From Mobula birostris (lineage: Eukaryota), in contig NC_092402.1 of NCBI RefSeq assembly GCF_030028105.1, forward strand, positions 41,662,538-41,726,537: a stretch of DNA of 64,000 nucleotides. Direction: 5' to 3'. Every line of letters starts with the position of its first letter. Within the stretch, counting starts at the first letter, position 1. Positions 12,914 to 25,175 of this stretch are shown here, piece after piece. The position numbers and the translations under genes were made by a program. Under the pieces are notes generated by a model. That model was not told where the DNA came from. It was given only the letters and a program-made list of their open reading frames with translations, and searched no databases.

Positions 12914-14683
12914 GTAAGAAATTATCTTAACCATTATGCAGCTTTTGTGTGTACTTGCCAGTGTGAAAGACCTCCAAAAGCTGGCTTGCGCAGTTTCAGA
13001 GAAGTTAACAATGAGAAACTGGCCCTTTCACCAGTCTGCATGTGCGTGTATGTATTTTGGCTTCACTTGTTTTCCACATTTTAATACCCTTGAAGGAAAA
13101 GTTGTAACACATTTGTAACTCATTGTAACTCATTCCATTTTGATTAACTATGTTCATTGCTACAGTATTTATCATAAACGCTTGATAAAGTATTTATGAA
13201 TCTGCAAAAGTGACGATCTCTTCAGCCTTTCCTCATTCCCACTTTCTTACTCTCACTCTAGTGCGGTTAATACTAGCAATCTTCCTCACCTTCCTCTGAT
13301 TTCAGAGTAGTGAATTTCTTTCTCCAGATTCTTGTTCAAGGCAATTTTTACTCTTGTCAACATTCTGTGTGACACTTCTTATTATTTTACTCTTTCCTCA
13401 GTTTATAGTTGCTGGCTTAGTCAGTTACTTCTCCATTTTTTACTAATGGTCTTCATTCTTGTTCTGGGTTTGTAATGATGTTCTATCCTATCTGCTTTCC
13501 CATATAACATCCAATCACCCCATTTTATACTGACAGAGATTATCACCTGAATCCTATCCCTTTAAGATGTTTTTTTTTTACCTTGACTCCTTTTATGCTT
13601 TTTCTTTGAAGTATTAGCTATGATTCAGTTAGTAACACCCTTAATTCTGAGTCAATTTTTTGATTTGTTTCATTCTAGAGTCTTAAAGACAAAAAAATCT
13701 GGTCTGAAATGCTCAATCTTTGAAGTGTCAGAGATGACCACTTTTGGATAACTTGGTTAACTGAAGCCCATCTATTATCTCTGGATAAAAGAGGCCCATG
13801 CCAGTACTCCAAATATATAGCAAGGGGGAATTGCCAAAGTCCTAGCCAATACTCATTCCACAATTAATATCATGAGACTGTATCAACTGGACATTTACAG
13901 TTATTCTTTGAAACCTCTAGTGCTCATATTAGCATTTCTGTGAGTTTGCTTCTGTGCACCATCTGAGATCTATCGTGCACTCACAAGCTGTTGTAAACAA
14001 GTGCTGCAGAGTAGGTAATCTTCCCAAGTTAGAGGACCCTTCAGATATAACCTGAAAGAGTTCCCAGACAAACAAAACTGACCATTGTGATTTCTAAGTG
14101 AGTGACTGTATTTAATGAAATAATACTTTAACTGTAAAAATGTTTTGGATCTTCTGTGATGATGTAAGGGGTATAAAATATGGGTGTTTGTCTATTGTAT
14201 ACTGTTTTACTTTTAGCAAAATAGTGAACCAGTTTTTTTTCTTAATTTTTCTTAAGTCCTGTCTTTTTCCTCTTTGCTGAATCCTGCTTTTGTCCTTTGA
14301 CCAAAACTTGACACTGTTCATGCCCGCTATTTATCACAGTTTAATAATTTGCAGATACAAGCAGAAGTGAGATTGATTTTTTTCATGTTGACATTTCCCA
14401 GTGAATGCTTTCTTACTGTGCATTGGGGATGTATTAGAATCATCCAGTTTCTTCATGCTTGAAGAAACATAAAATGGTCCTAATGCATCTCCAATGTCTA
14501 GGGAATGATTGTAGAGTGATTAGTGGAATTAAGGGATGTGCCCATTCATTCTTGAATCTTATTTCCATAAGCTAAAAATACTAGAAATTATCCAAAGATT
14601 GCTAGTTTCATTTTGTAGATGGAAGAATGAACATAAAGGTGAATAGGATCCAATTTGAAACATTTTGATTTTATTTTCAAAAG

Positions 14684-14778
14684 GAAAGTTTACCTGGTCG
14701 AAGTTTCACATTCTGGCAGTGGTTTGATGGAGTTATGGAGCTGACAAAAAAACATCTGAAGCCTCATTGGAATGATGG
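14684..14778 (+). CDS. stat5: STAT5 exon ([31 protein letters not shown])
   Basis: aag/gtaat boundaries, 95 nt, FTFWQWF motif. Confidence 0.96.
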
Positions 14779-15108
14779 GTAATTTCTTTAAAGCTATAAC
14801 TGTTTGACTGTGTCTGCTTTTGGTAGCTCCATGTGTTCCTGCCTTTGAACGCACTGCAAGCCAATCACTTTAGTGTTCAGATGTTGAGGACATTCATTTG
14901 CTTTTTTCATTCATGCAATATTGGCACAGCTGGTAATATTTATTGCTCATTCTGGATTAACAATCTAGCAGGAATAAGTACCTAGTCAAAAGAAATTCAG
15001 TAGTGAAATTGGCAATAAAGTGTTCAGTTATTTTTTACAAAGCAACTTGAGTATTTTATTTGAAATGAAACTTTAATAATATTAGATGTTCATCTGTGTT
15101 TCACACAG

Positions 15109-15251
15109 GGCGATTTTGGGGTTTGTAAACAAGCAACAGGCACAAGATATGCTGCTTTCCAAGCCAAATGGAACCTTTCTGCTGCGATTTAGTGACTCAG
15201 AGATTGGAGGGATTACAATAGCGTGGGTAGCAGATAACCCCAACAAAGCAG
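15109..15251 (+). CDS. stat5: STAT5 exon, SH2 domain ([47 protein letters not shown])
   Basis: [12 protein letters not shown]2 signature; cag/gtgtga boundaries, 143 nt. Confidence 0.95.
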
Positions 15252-15566
15252 GTGTGATCATAGGAAAGCATCTCTGTCCTTCTGACTCTTGTGGCAGCTG
15301 TCATGGAATTAACCTTTTAAGTCATTTCTGATTAAATGTTAAAATGTTTAGATAATTGTGAAAGATATGTATTTAAATTTTTAAAATAGTTCAGTGTATT
15401 CAAATCCATTAAATACAGACTGGCTCAGAGTTTAGAACACTCTGCAAATGAACGAACTTCCATAATGTTCAATATTTAAAGCATTAAAACAAGTTTCTTT
15501 AAAAAAAAACTGCCACTTCTCTTAAAGCATAAGTTATGTATTATCTTTAAAATGTAAATTTTACAG

Positions 15567-15722
15567 GTGAAAGGATGGTTTGGAATCTTATGCCATACAC
15601 AACCAAAGATTTTTCAATTCGATCACTGGCAGATCGCATCAGTGATCTCAATCATTTGCTGTATTTGTATCCAGACAGACCCAAGGATGATGTGTTTTCT
15701 AAATATTATACACCACCATTAT
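15567..15722 (+). CDS. stat5: STAT5 exon, SH2 C-terminal half ([24 protein letters not shown]...YYTPPL)
   Basis: tacag/gtaag boundaries, 156 nt. Confidence 0.96.
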
Positions 15723-16079
15723 GTAAGTGTCAATTCTTTTACTACTTAAGCATGGGTGTTTCTCCTGCCACTACAAGGCGAGAAAATGAAACCAATCATA
15801 TAATCTGCATGTGATTGATTGCTATTGTGAACAGATACTTCTGCTTTACTCTTTTTGTAGCTGCTTGAATTATCAAATACAAAATAAAAGTACTTTGTTA
15901 ATTTTCTTTTGCATTTTGAAGCAATAATATTTAAAATCAAAACAATCAAATTACAGTGTAACTGATCATGGCTATGTTTTACTTCTGTAGCAAAGATTTC
16001 AAGTATATTATTCAGAATGTTTAAAGATCTCCAAGTGTTAATGTTTTCTGTTGTTTTGTTTGCTTATCCCCAATTGCAG

Positions 16080-16131
16080 CAAAAGCAGTAGATGGATATG
16101 TAAAACCACAGATCAAACAAGTGGTTCCAGA
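16080..16131 (+). CDS. stat5: STAT5 exon with the activating tyrosine (KAVDGYVKPQIKQVVPE; Tyr codon 16097-16099)
   Basis: tgcag/gtaag boundaries, 52 nt; GYVKPQI motif equivalent to human Y694/Y699. Confidence 0.97.
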
Positions 16132-17625
16132 GTAAGTATTGCAGTAACGTGTTCAAGACCACTTTAAAAGTTTGTTTTAATTTCATATCCAAGTTTCTGC
16201 AAATTGTCTGATGGTGCTTTCTTATCATTTTTCTTTGCTATTCATTATGTAATTAATTTTTTTGTCACACTTAATTTCTGTCACGTACCCCAAACAGTAA
16301 TAAAACAAAAGGCTGAAGATATTCATCAGGTCAGACAGCAATGGTTGCAGATCAGTGACTTTATCAATTATGGGAAAATTAAAATGTTCAAAAAGCACTT
16401 GATAAGGTATCACACCACACCAATGTTTTTATTGGAAATAATAGCTCGGAATAATAGTTCATTGGTGTGGATAGAAATTTGCTGGCTACCAGGAAATGGA
16501 GAGCAGATGTATGTTTTTGTTCCTGAGAAGATGATTTCGGTTGAGAAGATGTAGCAAGTGATATCCTATAGGGATCAATGTCGGGTCCTTGATATATTGA
16601 ATACAAATGTGGAAAGTTATGCATCAGTTACATAGGACCAAATCTGAAGTACAAGATGTCTTTCTTAAGACTTGTTTGAAATATGTTGCAGCTTCATAGA
16701 TGCTGCACTGACGCAGGCCCTTCAGTCCTTTTGGGTCCATGGGTCCATCAACAATGAATCACGCATTTACACTAGTCCTGATTTTTCTTTATGCCCAATT
16801 GACATTTACTGTCTCTCTCCACTACCCCCCCCCCCGCCCAATTCCATGGCTGGTTTACACACTGGGTAATTTACAGTAGCCAACTTGCATGTCTTTGGGA
16901 TGAGGGAGGAAACCAGAGCACCTAAAGGAAATCCATGAAGTTGCATGGAGAACTTTTAAATTTCACACCAACAGCGCGTAAGATCCTGCTTTCTCTGGCG
17001 GACAGAGCGTCCGTTTTTAACAAGAAAGATTTGATGCGTATTTTTTTTTCCTCTGAGGGTCTTAAGTCTGTAATTCAGTTTATTTGAGGTTGGAGTAAGT
17101 AGAATTGCAATAATATTAAGGCGGAAGTTTTAGATGTTTAAAAAGCGAGATAAGTGACTACTGAAGGGAGATGGAAATGCGGAGCTGAGGTTACGTCCTT
17201 AGCAGCCATGATTTAAATAAATAGTGCAGTTTTGAAAGGCTGACTAGCCTACAGCAATTTCTAATTTGTTTGATCATAAGTGAATATGTTTTCCTCAAAT
17301 ATTGCTTGAATGTTTCCAGCATTTTCTGTTATTTAAAATATAGCCCATTACGAGGCCACTAGATTATTTTTCCTATTGGAATAGCTATAGAGAATTTGAT
17401 TATTCTTAATGTGTGATCTGTTCAGAGATCTTCTCAAATGTTTAGATCAGTAAAGGAACATGGCATGTTAATGTTTTATTAGGTTGGTCTGAAGTTTTAT
17501 GGTGCAAGCTGCTATATCGTATGAAATTTGTAACTGCATTTACAATATTCTAGATTATTGCAAGTGTTTGTGGGAGTGATCATTCAATCACCTATACTGT
17601 TTAAAACTGATCTTGCTTGTTGCAG

Positions 17626-17733
17626 ATTTGCTACAGCATCATCTGATGGATCATCAGCGAGTAATACCTATATGGAACCAGCAACATCGCCTGCAGTTTG
17701 TCACCCACCACAATATCCTCTCTACCCACAGAA
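17626..17733 (+). CDS. stat5: STAT5 exon, transactivation domain (FATASSDGSSASNTYMEPATSPAVCHPPQYPLYPQ)
   Basis: tgcag/gtaag boundaries, 108 nt, TYM..SPAVC motif. Confidence 0.93.
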
Positions 17734-19234
17734 GTAAGCTTTTTTCTCCGATTGTTAATTATTTTGAGGACTTGTGTTCAGGAGAGATCCGACTTGTCTT
17801 TAAAAATGCCTATTTTGATCCAAATGAACTAATTTTTATGACTTAGGAATGTATTTGATGGTTTCACTTTAAGTTTGCAATCTGTATTTTTGTTTCAAAT
17901 TCTCTTGGAAATGCGGGAGTTATCCCTATGCAGAATCTGTTTATAAGTGAGTAACATAACTAATGGTAAAATATTAAAATTACAATGTGCCTGTAATATA
18001 AAACAATACCTATAATGGGTTATTGGCTATTTATAAGCACATCACTGTTTCAAGACAAGTTTGACAAATTCATAAATTACATTGTTGCCTTGAGGAAAAA
18101 TCCATTTTTGCTTGGATCTCTGCATCAGATGAATTAGCAATCATGCTTTTTAAAGTGGCCTTTGTGGCTAGCATGATTGTAAGGGTCCCATATTTCTTTG
18201 ATTACTTTGATCATTTCACATGATTCAATAAAGCAATGTAAGCAATGCACTAACATGTGAGCATTTCTCTTGGTAGCCTTGTGCACATAAGCATCTCAAA
18301 AGTATCCAACAATCTTCGAGAGATTAATATACACATACCTGCCCCCCCCCCGCCGTTCATCTGCAGTGTGTAGAAGTACATCATTTAATCTATATTGTCT
18401 TTTTGCTTGTTTTTTTTTTCCAACCAAAATATACTAATTCGCTGTAAATTGCTGTCCATTTTGGTAACCTCGCAGCATACTTTTGTTCTTTAGCTAAGCA
18501 CTCTGTTACAAAGTTTGGTGCCATCTGCAGTGTTGAAACTTTACTCAACACACTTATATCCAAATCATTAATATTGTAAAATGGTGGTGCAGATTTATTT
18601 CAAGTTTGTCAGACACAGTTGGTCAATAGCAAATCCATGCTGGCTGTTATATTAAATCAAATTTCAGTTGTGCCCATTATATTTCCTGTGATTGTCTTGA
18701 AAAGCTTTGAGCTGCTCAGATTAAACTGATCTGTCTGTAGTTGCTAAGGACATTGGGATTCCCATTTTTCCTCTCCTCTTGCACTCCGCAGTATGTAGGA
18801 AGGATTGGAAAATTACAGCAAACCCACTTACAATCTCCATTGCCATTGCAGTCAGCCCATCTGCTACCACTGAGATTAGATAGTTTGACCAACATCTAGC
18901 CCTAAATAAGACAATTTAAGCTAAATATTCTGAAGGACCATGACATTGTCTTTAGTTACAGATGCAACCAACTTGCTGTGATTTCGATTTTCCATCCTCG
19001 TCTCATCTAATTGGCATAGTGTCTGCTTGTATCTGATTATTGTTTGTAAAGTGGCATGGACATTGTCCTAAAATAAGTGTATTCTTGCAAATTCTTGCTT
19101 TAACTTAGGATGTATGAAATGGTTTGTTTACAAAGATGCATTCGGAAAATGCAACAGAAATAATTTTTAGCAGATAAAATTGGCATACTGAAAATTGAAC
19201 TCTTTATAATATTTCATGATTTTCTGTTGTTCAG

Positions 19235-19361
19235 CCCAGACAGCATGCTTGATCCTGATGGTGATTTTGACCTTGATGATACAATGGATGTTGCCAGACA
19301 TGTGGAAGAGCTTCTACGCAGACCAATGGATAATCAGTGGCTTCCTCATCAATCAACATGA
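19235..19361 (+). CDS. stat5: STAT5 last coding exon ([41 protein letters not shown])
   Basis: tcag acceptor, in-frame TGA at 19359-19361, short STAT5B-like C-terminus. Confidence 0.95.
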
Positions 19362-20769
19362 TTGCCACCCCCACCTCACAGAAAATTGTTTCTTATGGTT
19401 TCATTCCATAAGTTGCTTCATTTCCAAATCGTTCATAATGTGAAATGTTAATATTGCTCGTGAATCTAATATTTTTGTGCATGTTGAAGCAGTGCAAATG
19501 TTTCTAAATGTCCCGATTGCTTGGAAGAGGCTGCAGTTTTGGAGACTGCAATTACTATTGTTATTTTATGTTGTACAAAATGCAAGTTGCTATTTGCATG
19601 ATTTTTATTTACCCTTCCAGAATTTTAGTTACGTTTTGGTAAATAGTGTTAATTTGTATTTTAGTGTGCCAAGGCAAATGCTTAACTAAGTCCCAAATTG
19701 GATCATTCACTTAGAAACCAGTCAAAGCTACTTTATTTGTGCATGGATTCTATTTTTCAGTCATTCACCGAGATATTACTTCACATGATTTATTGGAAAT
19801 GATTACTCAGTTTTTGATTGAAGCTTTGAATATTGGCTCATAATTGGCAGAAAAGGGCCACAATAACAGAGATTTTGCTCCTCTTTTGGAATTTACAAAT
19901 TGACTTATCACAATATCAGTGACATATTGAAGAGATAGGTGGGAGGGATAGTTTGTATATTTTTGTATCCCTGAACCATTTGTTCATAATTATATTTGTG
20001 TCTATGGTCACTCTGAATTGAACAAGGGTTTAAAAATAATCATACATTCAACCACTTTCATTGAGGAGTGTTTAAAAAAAGATAGTTATGTATTTGAACT
20101 GTCTCAGGATCAAGGCAATTTCAAACAATTTCATTGGATATCTAGGCTATGTGGTTTGTTTTAAAAAAAAAAGTGCATGAGTTTGGAATGGCATAGCTTT
20201 CAAGATTTACACTGCAAAATTAAGGCATGTATGTGCTCTGTAGGTAACTATTTTATACTGTATCATTTTTGGCAAAATTAAGTACTTGCTAAATTTGATC
20301 ATAAAGCTAGTTACTTTGGAATACTTAAATTTGTTGCAGATATCAGAGAAAAGCTGTACAAGGTGCTGTTTAATCATGTAAGAGCAATGTTATCCTTGCA
20401 GGTCTACTTGAAGAAAGTGTCTTACTTTGGTTGCCTTTATGCCTGTATGGCAGACCTGTCTTCTGTTTGATGTAGTGTTAAGCCAAAATGCCATGCTGAA
20501 TCAATTGTACTCAATATCTTGATCAGTCTCGTGAGTAATAAGAAATATGTGCAAAATGGATTTAGTACATTTTGACCTCTGATAGTTAAGGCTCACAATG
20601 AGTAAAAGCAGCCAGACTTTTCAGATGCCTTAAGCAATAGTGTAAATTAATTGATGCAAAAGCTGCGTAGTATACATAAACTTAAGTATGCATTCCTGAA
20701 TATGACTTGTCACTGTTCCTGATGTTGGTACTATTCGGACGTAAGTTGCTAACTGAAACTTCTTGTTTC

Positions 20770-20775
20770 AATAAA
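20770..20775 (+). promoter_or_regulatory. Candidate STAT5 polyadenylation signal AATAAA
   Basis: First AATAAA I noticed after ~1.4 kb of repeat-free AT-rich UTR-like sequence; usage not provable from sequence. Confidence 0.45.
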
Positions 20776-21142
20776 TGCTTTTTAAAGGGACCACTGGTCT
20801 AATCAATAGGTAAAGGGAATGTTTGAAATCATTCATTTTTTAAGCAACCACTATTACAATTAACAGGGATTGAAATATTTTTTGAAGGGATCCCCATTCT
20901 GATATTTGCCATTATCATTTGTTCAGGAATGCCACGTTCAGCCTAATAGCCACAAGCAAACTGTGGACAACATAAGCAATGAAGATGTTTACATTTTAAG
21001 TACTAGATATGCTTACCCATTTTTAATCAATTATTCTGGCTGCTTCTGTTCAAATGCCTGGGCCTACTGAGATGTAACAAATTTAAATTTAGTTACATAA
21101 TTGGTTATCTTTAATGTAGGGAAAACTAACAAAATACCAGCT

Positions 21143-21357
21143 ACACACATCAAAGTTGCTGGTGAACGCAGCAGGCCAGGCAGCATCTCTAGGAAGAGGT
21201 GCAGTCGACGTTTCAGGCCGAGACCCTTCGTCAGGACTAACCTGAAACGTCGACTGCACCTCTTCCTAGAGATGCTGCCTGGCCTGCTGCGTTCACCAGC
21301 AACTTTGATGTGTGTTGCTTGAATTTCCAACATCTGCAGAATTCCTGTTGTTTGCGT
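21143..21357. mobile_element. Young Penelope pLTR-derived insertion with a perfect 75-bp inverted repeat and 13-14 bp TSD
   Basis: Arms 21143-21217 and 21241-21315 are exact reverse complements; TSD caaaataccagct(a) at 21130 and 21358. Confidence 0.9.
21203..21238 (-). ncRNA. Minimal type I hammerhead ribozyme motif of Penelope-like elements
   Basis: Minus strand reads AGUC-CUGACGA-A-GGGU(CUCG)GCCU-GAAA-CG-UC-GACU: core boxes, stem I AGUC/GACU, stem II, palindromic ACGU in place of stem III. Confidence 0.8.
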
Positions 21358-22250
21358 CAAAATACCAGCTAATTGCTACTGCCAAACTTTAATTCTGAGA
21401 CAATTATGGAGTTGTACATCATATGGTGAAAACATCTCTTCAGGACACTTGCATATATTACTGGCATTTACTAAATATAGTCCATACAGGGAAAAAACAT
21501 TCTATTCCTCTAAATTCTGGTAGGTATGCTCCCACTGTTTTTGGTATATAAAATGCTATACTGTATCTTTCATTCAGCTGTATCTTCCCTAGGAAAGATT
21601 ATTCCTCCCACAACTTCCCGACCAGACTTCATTGGCAACATAATGTTAAATCACTTCCTAACGCATATCAACTGAAGCATGATTTGACTCGCAGTCTTAT
21701 ATTGGCCAGTGCATTTTTTCTACAAGGAAGTCCTATAGAGAAAGATGCATTTCATTCCTTTTACGTGTTAGCAGAAAGCAGTGGAATAGTTTACTTCAGG
21801 ATGTGAATTTAGTTTAGACAAGAATGGGGTGCATTCTCTTTTTAGATTTGCTTTATCTCAGTTCTTGGTCCATGTCATACAATTTAGTAGCACAGATGGC
21901 GCATTCAAGATTGCTGGCTTGAGAACTGATCACCTTTGAAAATGGGATGAAGATGTATTGCTGAGATAATGTAATGATTCTAAAATCTGTTACAATGAAT
22001 TTTATCTGTTACAGTGGCTGTTACTTTTATATACATATATATAGTTTCTGCTGTCTGGCATTCATAATGAAATTTAAAGAAATCTACTGAAACTATCATT
22101 AATATTCAAGTGGTGCTGTTATTGTATGTAAGTTGAGAGATGAATTTTAGTGGAATATGATCTGTCTTTAAGGTGTCTGTAACAGTTACTGGTTTGCTGG
22201 GGGAGGGGGTTTTCTGATGCAGACACTGAAGCCTTATGTTAATTCAGTGT

Positions 22251-23826
22251 TACAGTGGTGTTAGAAAGTTTGTGAACCCTGGAGAGTTTTCTCTATTTCT
22301 CCATAAATACGACCTAAAATGTTATCAGATCTTCATACAAGTCCCAAAACTAGATAAAGGGAACCCAATTAAATAAATAACGGAAAAAAACATTATACTT
22401 GTTCATTTATTTATTGAGGAAAAATGATCAAATATTGCATGTATTTGTTGGAAAAAGTATGTGAACATTTGCTTTCAGTAACTGGTGTGACCTCCTTGCA
22501 CACCAATAACTTAAACCAAATGTTTCCGGTAACATATTGGCTTGGAGGAATTTTAGGCCGTTCCTCGTTACAAAACTGCTTCAACTCTGGGATGTTGGTG
22601 GTCTTCCTTGCATGAATTGCTTGCTTCAGGTCCTTCCACAACAACTCAATTGGATTAAGGTCAGGACTTTGACTCGGCCATACCAAAGCATAAATTTTCT
22701 TCTTTTTAAACCATTCTATTGTTGATTTACTCTTGTGTTTCAGATCATTGTCTTGTTGTATTATCCAACTTCTATTAAGCTTTAGGTGACAGACTGCTAC
22801 CCTGACACTCTCCTGTAAAATGTCTTAATACAATTTTGGATTCATTGTTCCCTCAACAATTGATTGCAAGCTGTCCAGGCCCTGAGACAGCAAAGCAGCC
22901 CCAAACCGTGATGCTCTTTCCACCATGCTTCACAGTTGGAATTGAGGTGTTGGTGTGCAAAGCCCTTTTTCCTACAAACATAGCAATGTGCATTTCTGCT
23001 AAAGAGTTCCAACTTTTGTCTCATCTGTCCACAGAACATTGTCCCTGAATTGTTGTGAAACATCTAAGTGGTCTTTTGCAAACTTGAAACGCACAGCAAT
23101 GTGTTTTTTTTTTTGGAGAGTAGTGGTTTCCTACGTGGTATCCTTCCATGAAGACCAATCTTGTTCAGTGCCTTTCTGATAATGGACACACGAACAGAGA
23201 CTTCAGCAAGTTCTAGAGATTTCTGCAGGACTTTTGCTGTTACCCTTGGATTCTTTTTCGCCTCTTTCAACATTGCACGTTGTGCTCTTTGCAGGATGCC
23301 CACTACTAGAGAGAGTAGCAACAGTACTGAGTTTCCTCCATTTGTAGACAGTTTCTCTTACTGTGGACTGATGAACACTCAGGTCTTTAGAAATACTTTT
23401 GTAGCTTTTTCCAGCTTCATGCATCTCTACAATTCTTCTAAAGTCCTCTGAAAATTGTTTTGATTGAGGCATGGTGCACATAAACAGATCTTTCTTGAAA
23501 AGAGCAGGCTGTGTCAGTAACCTGACTTTGTGCGTCTTATAGGACAGGGCACCTCTACAACCCACACCTCCAATCTCATCTCATTGATTGCAACACCTGA
23601 CTCCAAATAGCTTTTGTAGAAGGTGTTACCCCAGAGGTTCACATACTTTATATATGTAATATTGGATCATTTTTCTCAATGAACAAGTACAATGTTTTTG
23701 TGTTATTTAATTGGGTTTTCTTTATCTAGTTTTAGGACTTGCGTGAAGATCTGATCACATTTTAGGTCATATTTATGCAGAAAGAGAAAATTCTACAGCG
23801 TTGACAAACTTTCTAGCACCTCTGTA
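22251..23826 (-). mobile_element. Tc1 transposon with long (~210 bp) terminal inverted repeats, decayed transposase
   Basis: TA-cagtggtgttagaaagtttgtgaacc / ttgacaaactttctagcacctctg-TA ends; WPSQSPDLNPIELLW and HTH peptides on the minus strand. Confidence 0.95.
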
Positions 23827-24699
23827 TCTTCAAGGCAGGGCATCGTTCAGTATAACAGAGCCATACAAGCTAGCACTGGTTTTCTTGAGAGCTTCAGGAA
23901 CCCAGCATACACTATTGGAGCATTTCCACTTTTGGTTGAAGAAAGTATTTTTCTCAGAATCATTTGGAATCCTCTGTTTCTATTGTAAAGGTCCAGAACC
24001 TCTGTGATATAGCTCAGTTCTTTATTCCCTACCCTCAATTCAATCCTAGCCTTGGGTTTATTTAGTGAAGGAAGTTGTGGCCTAGAAAGAAGTCATTTAG
24101 TATATGTGAAAGTTTTCGGCAGAGTGGTTAGTAGTGTATAATAAGTCATAGTAGTCCTCTTGCCTGGAAATTTGGTGCCAACAGAGACCTCCAACAGCAT
24201 CCTGAATATCAGCTAAACTGAAACTAATATTCAGTGAATGTGAAGGTGCTTTGTAAGCAAACTGCATAAAATATCACACCCTGTATTTTGCTGATAAATC
24301 CTAAATGCAGACTCTTCAGCAAAATTTTTCAGTGGGTGCATTGTAGAATTCACTGTGGAAAGACAGTGCTAGAGTTGGATTTTGCTGAGATTCACTGAAT
24401 CAAATCTAGTGCCACGATAGACTTGGTACAGGTCCCCAGTCCATTGATTTCAATGGGGGTTGTAGGGCTACAGTGAAAAATATGCAAGTTCCTATTTAGA
24501 TTATTTTTGGTTGTTTGATGTTTGTATCTTTAATGGTGCTTGTTTTTAGTTGAATTTACTTTTTTAATTTTTTTCAATTTTACATGTTTAAAGTGTAACA
24601 AAAGTTAAAGCCAGCAACATTTTAGAAACCCTAATGACTTTGGCTTGCAAAGCGAAGGAGTTGGGAGGGTTAGGGCTTCACCAGCTCTCAGAAGCTATG

Positions 24700-25175
24700 T
24701 CTCCATCTCTGTAAACAAACTGTCAATCAACATCTTTTGTGCACCTATCAAATCCCAGTTACCTTGACTATACCTCTTCCCACCCTGTCTCCTGCAAAAA
24801 TGCTATTCCGTTTTCTCAGTTCCTTCATCTCTGCTGCATCTGTTCCCAGGATGCGACTTTCAAGGCTTCCTTCAAAGAATGGGGTTTCCCTTCCTCCACC
24901 ATTAATGCTGCCATCACTATTTCCCGAACACCTGCACTCGCTCCATCTTTCCGCCACCTTAATAGTGATAGAATTCCTCTTGTGGGACCTACCATCCCAT
25001 GAGCCTTGTATCCAACACATCATCCTTTGCAACTTCTGCCATCTCCAAAGGGATCCTACCATCAAACATATCTTTATCTCTCTCTTCTCCTCTCCCCCAA
25101 CTTTCCACAGAGATTACTCCCTCGTGATTCCCTTGTCCATTCGTCTCTCCCCAATTAATTTCCCTCCTGGAACGG
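24700..25175 (+). mobile_element. Penelope-like element RT C-terminal fragment
   Basis: YLDYTSSHPVSCKNAIPFSQFLHLCCICS peptide. Confidence 0.85.

Noticed and set aside
21143-21315. pre-miRNA or assembly fold-back artefact
   Set aside because: TSD and related copies show transposon origin; the stem is too long and perfect for a typical miRNA
21064-21360. Mirror ORFs on both strands encoding the same peptide
   Set aside because: Direct consequence of the perfect inverted repeat
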